Position numbers and translations under genes: made by a program. 64,000 bases of DNA, taken from positions 1 through 64,000 of the forward strand of contig DF237411.1 of NCBI GenBank assembly GCA_000708835.1. The letters run 5' to 3'. The notes under the pieces are model-generated. The model searched no databases and was not told where the DNA came from. It saw nothing but the letters and a program-made list of their open reading frames with translations. This document shows, piece after piece, positions 1 to 11,700 of the stretch (position 1 is the stretch's first letter; each line of letters opens with the position of its first letter). This DNA comes from Klebsormidium nitens (taxonomy: Eukaryota > Plantae > Klebsormidiophyceae).

Positions 1-1847
1 TTATTGGGCAAAAATCTGCCCAACCGGCGTGTTGGTACGCTAATATGCTCAAGCACTGCACGTTCGGATCACCTTATGTCACGGGCTTTCGGTGGTGCAG
101 AGCTCCCGAGTCCGATGCACTGGAGGACGTCGGAGGGAACCTCGGAAAATGTTTCCTCAGGGGAGCCTGCGTGTAGATCCGCATGGGTGCCTAGAGGTCC
201 CGAGGCGTCCTAGGTAAACGTACTTCTACGTCAAACGCAGCGACGCGGCCTTTGAAGGAGAAGGAAGCGGAGGAGGGGCGGAGGATTCTAGGACGTACCA
301 AGCTGCTGAAAGCCGCACTAAAAGCTCCCCTCCTGTGGGACACAAGGAGGACACCTTACTTGTAACGAAGGGGACACGTAAGCGCAGCTTTCAAAGCTAC
401 CGTATTTTTTACACTGTACTTGAGCTGCTGCTACAAGGTAGCTCAATAGCTAGCTGGGCCCCTGCAGGTGACGGCATTGTTGCGAGAGGGTTTAGAATGC
501 AGTCTCTGATGAGCCTCGTTTGGCAAGAGGAGAGGTAGCATCAGGTTTACAAAGTGTAGTGGTTTGCAACTGAGGGTCAGGTGAGGCCGACACTGCACTT
601 CTATTTTGAGATGGTCACAAAATGCAGCACGTGAGCTAGCTGTACGTGTTGTGTAAGTTGACCTGTGGGAGGCGTAACTTTAAGGAATTTGGTGCACAGC
701 CAAGTATATCGCAACGTCTTGGGAGACTAACAGCTTCTTAGGCCCCCAAAAGATAACCGACAAGACTCTTGGGACTGTGAAAGGGCCCATATCAGCTGAC
801 ACAAAGGAGGGGTTTGTTCAAAATAAAACCAGGCTCTTCAGTCCGCCATTCCCTTTAGGACGTCCTTGACTAGCAGTGAGAGCTCGGTGAGAAGGCCTCC
901 TTTTTTATTCTTTGTCTCCTCAGATGGAGGTAGCTGAGCATTCAAAGCCAATGGTAGACTACTGGTCTAGAGGCCCTGAAAGGACCGCCGAAGGAGGCTT
1001 CCTTGAGCTTGTTAAGATCAGCCTCCCAGAATGTTGAGCATGAACCACGTAAAATAACTTCATAGGCATTCTTGGATACTTTTCGAAGTAGTGAACTTAG
1101 CTGGAACGTCAGCTCAGCTGCGAACGGAAAGAAGTTTCTCAAATAGCAGAGATCGCTTACTCCTGTATCTGAGTTCTCAATTTACCTGGAGTATGGCGCA
1201 CAATCCTCACTTTAAAGGGTACTGAGAGCCAGAGATGCAGAGACAGGACAACAGCATGCTTCAGGTAAGGGGACTATTTTGGGAGACGTGATTTCATCCC
1301 TACATGAGCCATTGGGAATATTTTGTTGCTGGATTCTCTTTAATTGGAGATCTGCTCATCAAAATACACATTGACCTGCAGGGGAAAGTTACATATGCTG
1401 CTAATGCAGCAATAGATCAGTACGCGACAACAGCGTCTCTAGCAACCACGAGGGGACAGATGTTTCTTGAGGGGCGTACCATCAAGGACCGACACAAGTG
1501 CTGTGAGCACAGCTTGGCGGATGTAGCAAGCGTTCTCATGACTTCGTCTCTTTTCATGGTAAGCTTGAGCGCTTTTGAGAATTCATTTGCTCTAACGGGC
1601 TGGACCGCACAAGCGGTGTTGCTCTTTCGTGCGCTGACACGCGTTCGCATGCATCATTAAGGATCATGTGCCGGCCAGCTCTGAAGTAGGGCTGAAGTGG
1701 ATTCCCCCAACGATAGAATGATCCACAGGAATTTGCCTCCATGCATCAGTAGTGCTGGATTGTGATTTATCTAAAACTTACTATAGGTCCAAGGCCAGCC
1801 CGAAAGTACTGCCTAACCAGATGATTGAGTGGGTCATTTGAGTGGGG

Positions 1848-1886
1848 TTTTTTTTTTTTTTTTTTTTTTCTTTTCTTTTTTTCTTC
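1848..1886 (-). repeat. Poly(T) tract (22 T, then T-rich tail); poly(A)-like on the minus strand
   Basis: Uninterrupted T run at 1848-1869, followed by cttttctttttttctt. Read directly from the sequence; whether it is a retroposed poly(A) tail is not established. Confidence 0.8.
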
Positions 1887-2987
1887 CACATTCCCTAGTG
1901 ATCAGAATATGATCTACGGAACCTCAACACTCTCAAAATAATCACACTGACATCACAAGGCCAGTCTCTTTGTGATGAACATAGGAATGAGTAGTTGGAG
2001 TGAGCTTCTTCCTTCCTCTGCAGGTCATAATGACGGCTTGCATCCTCGTTGCCATCAGCAGCCTTGCCTGTGGCAATGTGGGTAGCAGCGTGGCTCCAAT
2101 TGAGCTTGGCGGCCGCCGACTGAAACTCGGAGCTGCCGAAACGTGCAACTTGAGGATCGCCGTAAGTCCCTTGACTCTGGAAACTACTCAAAGGCTTATC
2201 CAGCTCAACCCCTTGAGATTGCTGGCAAGAGATCCGCTCCATGTTGACTGAAACTCGGAGCTGCCCAAAACATGCGACTGAAGGTCGCTGTAGTCCCTGG
2301 TAAGTACTTAAAAGCGGATCCACTTCAATTTCTCGAGAACACAAGGGACTGCTTCCATGCAGAGTGATACTTGGAGCCGCTGAACCATGCAGACTTGAGA
2401 ACGCCTTAGTTACCCGAACCCTCGAAAATATCAACGCATAATCTTTTCGATTTCAATACTCTAAGGAGACAGCGGCCTGATTCCATGCTAGACTTCACTT
2501 GGCAATGCTCATCCACTTTCACGAGCAGTCCTTGTTGATCATGTGGCATGTGACGTATCTATTCTGATTCCGACATCATCATTAAATAAGCCGTCGCCAT
2601 CAATGCAAGGTGGCGGTTGCTATTGAATCGAAGTACTCAGCCTCTCACTTTCCTTACTTGAGTTGTACTCAGTGCACAGAAGAAGCCTAAAAGAGCTCAA
2701 GAAAAGCGGGTGTCGAACAAACCCGTGCTTTTATGTTCACAGAGGTCGCTCTGTGTTTTTGGTCCTTCAATTTCCATCTTTTTCGAACCTATTGATTTGA
2801 CCTTCGATACCTAGGTTTTACTTTTTCGAGAGCTGTTAAGCCGGTTGCTTCTGTCGGAAGATGTAAAACTCAAGGGATGTTTTAGAAGATCCAATATACA
2901 TGTTCACGTTTTTTTGAGGGCCTTCGGGTGTTTCAATGCATAAAATAGGGCAACGAACATCCTTAAAGCAGCTTTCTTTTTCTTCCC

Positions 2988-3998
2988 GTGCAGCCTGCGG
3001 CTCACGTGCCTTCATTTCCGGTGGTGACCGAAACCCTGCATCCTTCACTCGGTTGGACCTTCCACCGCTCCGAGTCCTGTCCCAACCAAACTCTCAGTCA
3101 ACAGGCGCAGTCAAAGCCAGGGCCCGGAGCTCTCCTCCGGGCGCTTTGGTGGAGCCCTCGGAGTTTTCTCCAGGGCCTCTCGCTTTTCAAGGCCCTCGTT
3201 CTGCTCGCAAATGAAGCGCGGATCGCACTTACACCGGTGCGCAACGCCAAGTTCGTCGTCAGCATGACGACCTCCCCGAAACGCGTGGCAGAGATCGGGC
3301 CTGTCATCGCTTCCCTCAAGCGGAACAGTCTTCAACCAGACTTGATTATCGTCAACCTGCCGCGCCTTTTCCTGCGGACCGGCTCGACATTCGGTGCGCT
3401 CCCGGCGTTCCTCACGTCCGATCCGGCAGTGCTCGTAAACTGGTGCGACGACTTTGGCCCCGCGACTAAGATCCTTGGGGCGCTTTCCTTGGTTCACGAT
3501 CCGGACACGATAATCATCTCTGTAGACGATGACATCTGGTACCCCCCCCACCATCTCAAGAAGCTGTTTCTCAGGTCGGTAGAGAACCCCGGGCGGGTGA
3601 TAACGGGCAAGAGCGCGATGCCAGGGTTTATCGTAGAGGGGTTTTCGGGGGTGTTGTACCGGCGCGGGTTTTTCGGCGACCCGGGCGAGGTCGGAAGTTG
3701 GATCAGGGCGTCGCCCAAGAGTTGCTACCTCGCCGACGACTTCGTGATCTCGAATTACCTCCTGAACCGACACGTGGCGATAGACACGTGCAACACGCGG
3801 CTCGAGGGCCGGTTCTTGAGACGGATAGGGCTGGGCCTCGTGCCGCTAGAACATGGGCTGAGATCGGACGCTTTGCATCGTGGGGCGGATCAGACGTCCC
3901 GAGGGAATCAAGACAACTACGCGAAGTGTAGAGTACATATGGAGAGCGATGGTTCGTTATACCAGAGCTTCCCTGACACAAGCACGGCCTATTACTGA
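2988..3998 (+). CDS. GT-A fold glycosyltransferase (GT2-like); true 5' end uncertain
   Basis: Motif order FVVSMTTSPKR...SLQPDLIIVNLP...DDFGPATKILGAL...IIISVDDDIWYP (DxD metal-binding motif)...EGFSGVLYRRGFF...ADDFVISNYL. The ORF-track start is GTG and lies just before a pyrimidine-rich acceptor (ctttttcttcccgtgcag), so an upstream exon is likely. The catalytic core is uninterrupted. Confidence 0.7.
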   Translation: MQPAAHVPSFPVVTETLHPSLGWTFHRSESCPNQTLSQQAQSKPGPGALLRALWWSPRSFLQGLSLFKALVLLANEARIALTPVRNAKFVVSMTTSPKRVAEIGPVIASLKRNSLQPDLIIVNLPRLFLRTGSTFGALPAFLTSDPAVLVNWCDDFGPATKILGALSLVHDPDTIIISVDDDIWYPPHHLKKLFLRSVENPGRVITGKSAMPGFIVEGFSGVLYRRGFFGDPGEVGSWIRASPKSCYLADDFVISNYLLNRHVAIDTCNTRLEGRFLRRIGLGLVPLEHGLRSDALHRGADQTSRGNQDNYAKCRVHMESDGSLYQSFPDTSTAYY

Positions 3999-5787
3999 TG
4001 GGTTCAATGCTTGTCTGATGCTGCTAGAACGAACCACGTCACAATCAAAGCCCCCATCTCATGGGCTAATAAGAAGGCGAGCTGAAAGCCCGGCTTTTAA
4101 GTTCTTTGAAATAAACGGCGCTCGCGTAGGCTTAGCAAGCGGCAAGCTAGTGACTGGACAAAGTGGTTTGAATTAGTGGTGTTTGTGTAGATTCGACGTA
4201 TCACCGAATTTGCGACTTTGCGGTGAGAAATCGTGCACACTCTCTTGATAGTCAAATATGAGCAGCGACTCGAGGAACCAAATCAAGTGTAACTAGCCGC
4301 GCGCCAATCTCTAGAAAAGACGTGAACGAGTCCGGCCGGAGCTGCAGGCATGCCTCTGCCTGATCATTGCGCAAGCTCACATATAAATAGAGTCATTGCG
4401 TGACGCATGCTTTCGTCGGAAGTGGATTTGCAGCTAGCTACTCCACTGTGCATGGCTACAAGGGGATCTTACACTGCATCATGGCTTGTACGTTCAATGC
4501 GTTCGACGCATCCGGACGGAATGAAGCTGATAATACCAAGCGGCCGCGCGGGGCCTTTCACATCTCCGCTACAGTAAACAATTAAGACAAATGACGGTCT
4601 ACTATATATCATCTTCTGGCCGGGCTCGTCCAACGGATTATCATGTAATACGCTCGCGATCCACCACATGCATCATCGCAAAGGTCTGATCATGTATAAA
4701 GTATCTTCTGCTCATGGCAAGCCTGCTGCACGTGCCAGAAGCTTGCGTGAAATGATAATCACAAGAATTTTCTCAAAGGATCCGGGTCCTCTCGTACGTA
4801 TGAAATTTCAGAGAATCATTTTATCTCAGCCGAGGATAATAATGTAAGCTCCGACATACACGAAACATATGCATTCATCTACAACCCCCGAAGGGCCTGC
4901 CCCGCACCCACAGGGTTTACGTAGACGTGATCATTGAGAGTAAGTGTGGCGTTCAATATCAACGTATTTAGAAGCAATCATTTGCTGGGCAAGGTCTCAC
5001 ATGTAACGTGATTGTGACTCGGCCGTCATTCGACGATGTTTATTCACCACTGAGTATACTCATTCCTCATGCGTGGCCTATCAGTGTTGCAATCCGGTCC
5101 ATCCGACCCATCAACTAATCATTGTTACCGTACGTGGTTGCACTAACAAAATACTAGTCAAGTTAGAGACGGAAGGCAATGCAAGCCCGAAGGAAGCCCA
5201 TCTTGACCTTAACGATGCCTACCATACTTCAGCAGTATCTGTACAACTGTCCACTGACCTTTTAGATCCGCGTTGCAGCACTGCTGACTTCCTATTGACC
5301 TTGAATGCAACACCCCAGCCTTGCTTGCTTTGTTCGCATACTTTACAAGCCCCGTCGATTTGCGGATTGTGCTTCGAAAGATCTGAATAAACTACAACCG
5401 GACTACTGCGTCTTGGCACTACCTTACATTTGACACTGACCGCTCTATTCTAGGGTCAACCTCCAACAACCTCCAACATTTCAAAAATTTTGAATCAGAA
5501 GGTACTTAAATCGTGAAGACCCTAGAGTGAGTGCATTCACTGGAAAATCCATGCGAAGTAGCATTGCCCTTAATACAGTAACTTCCGACCTACTCTTCTA
5601 GACGTTATGCGATACTTGCCATATCTTAGTGGATTAAATGACAGACTACTGTCCCATACACCAAGACAAAGACTCGCGGGCTTCAAAGCTTCTGCGCGCG
5701 CGCTTTGCTGAGTCTGGTAAAACCTGGTAGCTCAAATCAGAGACGCGACCACCGTCTCTACCGGTCAAATTCGTGCGCTCGCGCACC

Positions 5788-8700
5788 CTACTGGTAGAAC
5801 TTGTAGGTGCTCGCGTCCACAATAATGTTACGCAGCGACCCGATGAAGGCGACAATCATTACGCCCACGAAAGTGACGATAATAAACTGCGCGAGGGAAA
5901 GACAGGCTCAGTCTGCCGCCGCTTGAGTATCCTTGAATCAACTCGCAAAATCCTAAGCTGAGAAGGCATAAGTCGATCGAAGGACCGAAACATGGAAGCA
6001 GAAAAACGACGAACACATCCTTGAGAGCGTAAAACGGACTACATGGAAAAGAGACGTCAGCTAACAACGAGAGAGACGGAGTCGAAGATAAGCAAGCTAG
6101 GGAAGGAGCGGGAAACTGGAGCTTTTCGTAATTGCTGCCGGCTCGCACGGTGGCCGGACGAACGATGAGTGCCACTCAACCCGCCCATCGAGCAACCTGC
6201 AAAGCGTGCTTCTCAGCAGCCAAACACAGACATTCGTTCTGGGCACTCCTGACGGCAGAACGAGGGACGAGAGCGGAAGGACGGCAGGATAGCAGCGGAA
6301 ACGGAGAGTGCGCGCGCGCTTACCCAGTTCCAGGCCCAGCTGAAGGAGCCCATCTTTGGTTTGATCAGGACGATCCAAATGATGGCGGGCATCTGAATGA
6401 AAAAGAAAGAGCGGGTCTCAAGGTTGGGAAGAACGGAAAATCATTTACTGATTTTCACCTGTGGGTTTGACGCCGTGTGCAAAATCTCGAGCCGTTTTGA
6501 TCGATTACGGTATTTAGTCGAGTCGACGGTTGGCATTATGGAACGACAATCAGCACAGGGATCGGGAATTCTTACTCAGTCAGCATCAAGGCCCAGATGC
6601 CACGCACGGGCCTTAGAGCCGGTTGCTACTTTTGAATGCTTCAACGAAAGGCTAGAACGGCCGGTTCGGGTCATAGGGTACGTCACGGGATCAAGAGATG
6701 AGCAAAATGTTCGCTCGACAAATCAGGCCAGCGTCAATCTGGCTTGTTGGCAGTACACAAGCCAGGTTTCCAGTGCTAACCCGACGGAAACGAACCAAAC
6801 GCACCTCCGTTGACTGGCTCCCCAAAACCCAGGTTTGACCACAGCCTAAGAGTGCAGCTGAAACGCTCGGCGGTTAAAGTAGAAAGTGACGTCACAGTGG
6901 ATACGACGTCAGTCGCTTAGGAGCATCACCGTCACAAGGTGACGTCACAGTTGAGATGCTTACGAAGAAGGTCATGGGCGCATTCCCGAGCGCTCCCAGC
7001 AGTCCCATCAGGTCGCCAAAGAAGGGGAAGGTAATCGCCAAGAAAGTGGTGCCGACTGCAATGAAAAGAGGGCAATACTTTCATATTTGGAAAACGGTTG
7101 CGTTTGCGTAGAGTAAACATTCAGGGGTCACGGCTTCCTCGAGCACCAGCGACTCGACCATACTCTAAACCACGAGAAACGGGGCCCCTGCTCGTCGGTC
7201 ATATTTCAACGGCGTTCCGGCGGACTTGTACAGAAGTAAGCCCGACTGACGAGCTTCATCTTTTGGGCGATTGGGCGTTCCCCTCGACGCTTCTTCTAGC
7301 TCGCGAAAGTGAGCCAGTCATGATGGACTTGCAATCTGAATTGGATCGACAACGCGGAACCACTGTCCCTTAACACAATTGCTGATGTCAGAAGTTGGAA
7401 AGCTTGACCTCATGTAAACTCCCACCAGTCAAAGACGACACTTCTAGTGGAGAAGCACCTGACGGCTCGAGACGCATCGAAGCGCCATCGACGGCTCTAA
7501 AGCCGTGAAATTTGCAGCGTTAGGTATTTAATCTCTCATCAAAGCTAAGGCGATTCCCAAGCCCTAGTACCATAACTCTAGACTCAAAGATACCCTTTCA
7601 GGAATCTGTTCTTGGAAAATCTGAATCGACTTACGGACGTAGAAGGTCCGGTAAGTGATGCGCATGACGCCGGTGTTGTTGATCCCCTTGCGCAGCATCA
7701 CGGTCTCGATCATGTCAAAGACGGGGTGGGTATAGAGCTGTAAAACCACAAAACAAAACCTGGGTTACTTCAAATGGTTCAACATTCTCTTACTTATTGG
7801 CGAAAAATGCGTAGATACTTTGTTTCAGCCTTCCGCAGCATCACGCTTTCGTTCACGATCAAGAAGGGGTCTGTGAAGAGCTGCAACCCGCAGAATCACT
7901 GATTATGATAAAATGATTTCACACTTTTTACTTAGTACGGAGGATTGCACACGGCAATGAGTAAAGCAATGTACAATAGAAAGCGGAAAGTGCCCAAGCA
8001 AAGTGAGGAACGCGCGCACTTGCTCCCCATGTTGGTCAAGGCATCCAGAAGCATCGATTATGTGCTGATGAAACTTCGACTCAGCACAGACGCCTCACTT
8101 TATGAGTGCAAGACCCCCTTTTAATCGGATCTTGTCAGGATCTGGTCAGCTTTTAGGCGGTGCCATTCCATCCTGGGTACAAATGCGCTTCGACCTGAGA
8201 ACTTTAATCTGCAAAAACGAGGGCCAACCAATTGTTCAAAACGTCCAAACCCACCTGATACGATGCGAACACGTGGACGACCACCATAAGATTCGCCATA
8301 GCGACCACCCAGATCGGCTTCCCGACCGACTTGAGAATGTTGTCCTGGACTAGGTTTCCGAAGGCCCAGTACCCGGTGATTGCGACCGGGAAGTAGCACG
8401 CTGCGACGACGGCATACGCGAAGTAGACGCCCCGCATCATGGGGATCTTGGAAGGGGGAGCGCCCTCCTTGGTAGACGGCATGCTCGACTGCGGAAGAGA
8501 GAACGGCGTGCTTGATTCGACATCGGGAAACGATCGTTTTACCGAAGTCGTTGCACACCAAAGAAGGAAGGGAATCTGCGCTGATCACCGGATGGAGAAA
8601 GAGGATTGACTTTTGTCGGCGTAGAACAGGTTGGCTTGAAGAAGTATCGGGAACCTCCTCTTAGGTTTGAACAGGATGAAAGTGAGTATCGGGCATGGTT

Positions 8701-11700
8701 GTCTTGCAAAGGATCATGATAAGAGAAGTTGGGTTGTCATTCCGAAGTCAGGCCGTTGCTGAGCTAAGCAAGGTGATCACGGTGGCTCAACACAATGCGA
8801 AGGGGTCAACAAAAATGTTTAATAGAACCGCAAAAGAATTTCACAAGCGGGTCCGACAAAAGCGACCCGGCTGACGAAGCGAATATAACTGTTAGAGGAC
8901 AGAAACGAGTTTCGATACCGAAACCGAAAGCAGGAACGTCCATAGTAGGCCTTAGAAAAGGGGGAAACAAATGACGACTTGGGCTGATGCAAGAGCTGAA
9001 ATGAACTCCGGCTTAACAAGTTTCGGCAAACAAGCTCGCTAACCTGGATTTCCAGAACCACGTTGTGCCCCCCGTAGGCGAAGCAAACGGTGCCCAGAGC
9101 GTTGAAGACGTTGAAAACGACGTCAGCAGTGGTGTGGCCCTTGAGGTTGTACTCAACCCCGGGCTGCTTTCCGACGTTGAGTGACGTGGCAAACGCAATC
9201 GTGGAATAGCTGCGAACAGAAGGGAGGGCTCTTGGTCATGATGGGTCTTAAAGATGTTCAATTCATGAAGTAAGCGCTCTTGAACCCAAACCACTCGGGC
9301 AACGCTGATCTCAAGCAACAGCCTCGGGTTCAGAAGCTCTTCGCGAACCGACCGGGTTTTGAGAAGGGTTTGAGGAACCGGTGCGAGAAAGATTAAAGGG
9401 TGGGTCTTAGCAGTTGAAGTGCAAACAGGTCAAAGGAGCGGGGTTGCTAACGGGTCAAAGAAGATGGTCTAAGAACCAGGTATGGAAACCAGATCTCGAG
9501 AGGCCAGACGGGAGTCTGCGGCCTCACCTGAGGGACATGACCGCGCCCATGAACGAGATCGCTGACAGTGCGTTGAAGTTGGGAAGCTGCGAAGGGACCA
9601 AACGACACGTGTCAGTTTCTCGGGTCCACCTCTCGTGCGAAGCTTTCCTGGCAATCACGCCGATCGCTCTGCTTCTCTGCTTAGTTGTCAATTCCAAGTC
9701 TTTCCCAGATGTGCTCGATAATCAAGACACGTCCACAGGCGAACACTAGATCCGAACTCAAAAGAGGGGGTAAGAGACAGAGGTTTGCAGAACGGGGGTA
9801 CGAGTTCGGGATCGAGAATCAGGGTTGAAGTGCTGGATTTGGGAAACATGGTTAATAATTGGGGTTTGCGTCTTACCTGTGCGGCGAGCAGGTGCGGCGC
9901 CGAGAAAATGAGGATCCACCAAGTCTCCCTCAATTCGGGTTTGCAAACCTGTACCCCGCCCTTGATCTGGTGGCTGGTGCAAACCAGTTCGTAGAAGCGC
10001 TGCAGGGACTGGCCACCGGTAACCGAGTAGGTGACGCCTAACCCGACCATGACACACAGCTGCCAGGGCACCGTGAGCCACAGGCCGAGCTTGGGACCTG
10101 TGTCAAGAGGAGGTTGAGAGGATCAGAAGATGGTCGAAAGTTTTTCCGTCCGCCGATTTCTTGTTCGAATGGGGCACTCAAAGGTGGACACATGGACTAA
10201 TGTACGTGCAAGTGGCCAGACCTCGGATCTGGCAAAAAATGCAAACCGCTATCCAAGAAACGCTCGCAGGGGAGCTCCAAAAACACATGTCGAATCAGCG
10301 ATTCTGGCGGCTTATGAGAGCGTCTAGGGCGGGACGCTTTCGTGAGTAGTAATCCGAGGAGGACTCCTGACTTGACAGTAGTCGGGCAGAAGAAGCATCT
10401 AATGGGTATGCACGACTGAAGGTCAAAGCAATGGACAGTTAGCAACAAGAAACGACAGCGCAGGAACCAGCACCAGAAATATAACAGAAGAGGGAAAATT
10501 TGAGACGGTCGATTTGAGTACGTGCAGCAAAGCGCAGTTGCGTCAGAGAAGACCTGGACCTCAAAGTGCTCAATCTGAAGTCTGAACCGACTTGCTTGAG
10601 AAAGAGGAGATGATAATCGTGCCACTGAAGGAATATCAGCTTCAGATCACTGTTAGAGCGGCTCGAGACCATTTTGGGACGAAGAGACTCCAGCCCGTGT
10701 AAATAGGATCAAGTGGCATGCCAAAGGGAGTCGAACCGGAATGGTAGAAACAGTGAACTTCAGATCGAACCAGGAGACGCTAGAGCTGCCCAGCATATCA
10801 AAGGTGCAGGGCGGGGTTGAGAATCCGGAAAAGCATTCTCCACAAAGCAAGCAGCGTATGACGGCGGGAGAGAAACTTGGCAACACACTAGAAAGCAAGC
10901 CCAGGGGTTCAAATCTGTGCTAGGAGCGGTTCGGGAAAAGCCTTTGCTCAGCCTGGGACAAATAGGAACTCACCGAACGCATATTGGCCCAGCTCGTGGT
11001 AGCGGTTGAAGCGGCGCCCGGGCACGAACTCGTGCAAGTAGACGAGCTGCCACAGCGTGTAGAGCGTCACTATAAAGGACAGCGTTAGCACGATGGTGCC
11101 GCCGGGCCTGAAGAGGGTTAAGGAAAGGGTTTTAAAAAAGAGGTTAAGGGAAGGGTTAGCAGGAAAACACACTGAGACGTGTCTTTAAGAAAGCGTGCAG
11201 AGGGTTTCCATCAAGGATAGAGTCAGCACCATGGTTCTGGCGGGTCGAATTAGGGTTAAGGAATAGAATAGAAAAAATAAAAAAAGAATAGAACAAGTTG
11301 CTAAGACGAGTTTATTACTGCTTTCGACAGAATGTTGGCACTTGATACTGATCGAGCTCATGACATTTACCCTAAAAATGTAGCTTGAAGTGACCCTTGA
11401 GAGCTTTCCCTGTCCGTTCCGTTTTACAACACTGTGTGATCCAGCTTCTTACACCAGGTCTGAATGAGTAGGCGCACTGAAATGAGTCAGATTGCACCTG
11501 ATCTCTTCACCGCTGACCGACAGAAAACAGTTTATCTTACAAACCTGAAAACTCAAGAAAGACACCGGTGATTGACTGCAAGATATAACACAACTGAAAG
11601 CTTACCACTCAAGGTACTTGAAAGCGTAGGGCAGCCCCAGAACTCCTGCCCCGACCATGGCAGTGACATTGTGGAATGCGGAGTAGTACCACTTGGCGGT

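Noticed and set aside
942-1142. LRKVSKNAYEVIL resembles the GPY/F tail of a Ty3/gypsy integrase
   Set aside because: I found no integrase core, RT, RNase H or LTR nearby, and the match is too short. The 1-1800 region is left unannotated.
3111-3773. 220-aa antisense ORF over the glycosyltransferase
   Set aside because: It is a shadow ORF of a GC-rich coding exon with no recognisable motifs. The same applies to 26701-27171, 37956-38417, 44639-44950, 50042-50308 and 55296-55925.
6886-6948. Two perfect GTGACGTCAC (bZIP C-box) palindromes and one variant
   Set aside because: They lie inside an LHT intron next to a donor with no promoter context. A third copy at 31588 is also intronic. Function cannot be supported.
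8610-8640. Possible very old echo: an AG exactly 146 bp upstream of the LHT acceptor at 8488
   Set aside because: Sequence similarity to the exon start is too weak to distinguish from chance by eye. Similar weak candidates near 18700, 43670 and 61700 were also dropped.
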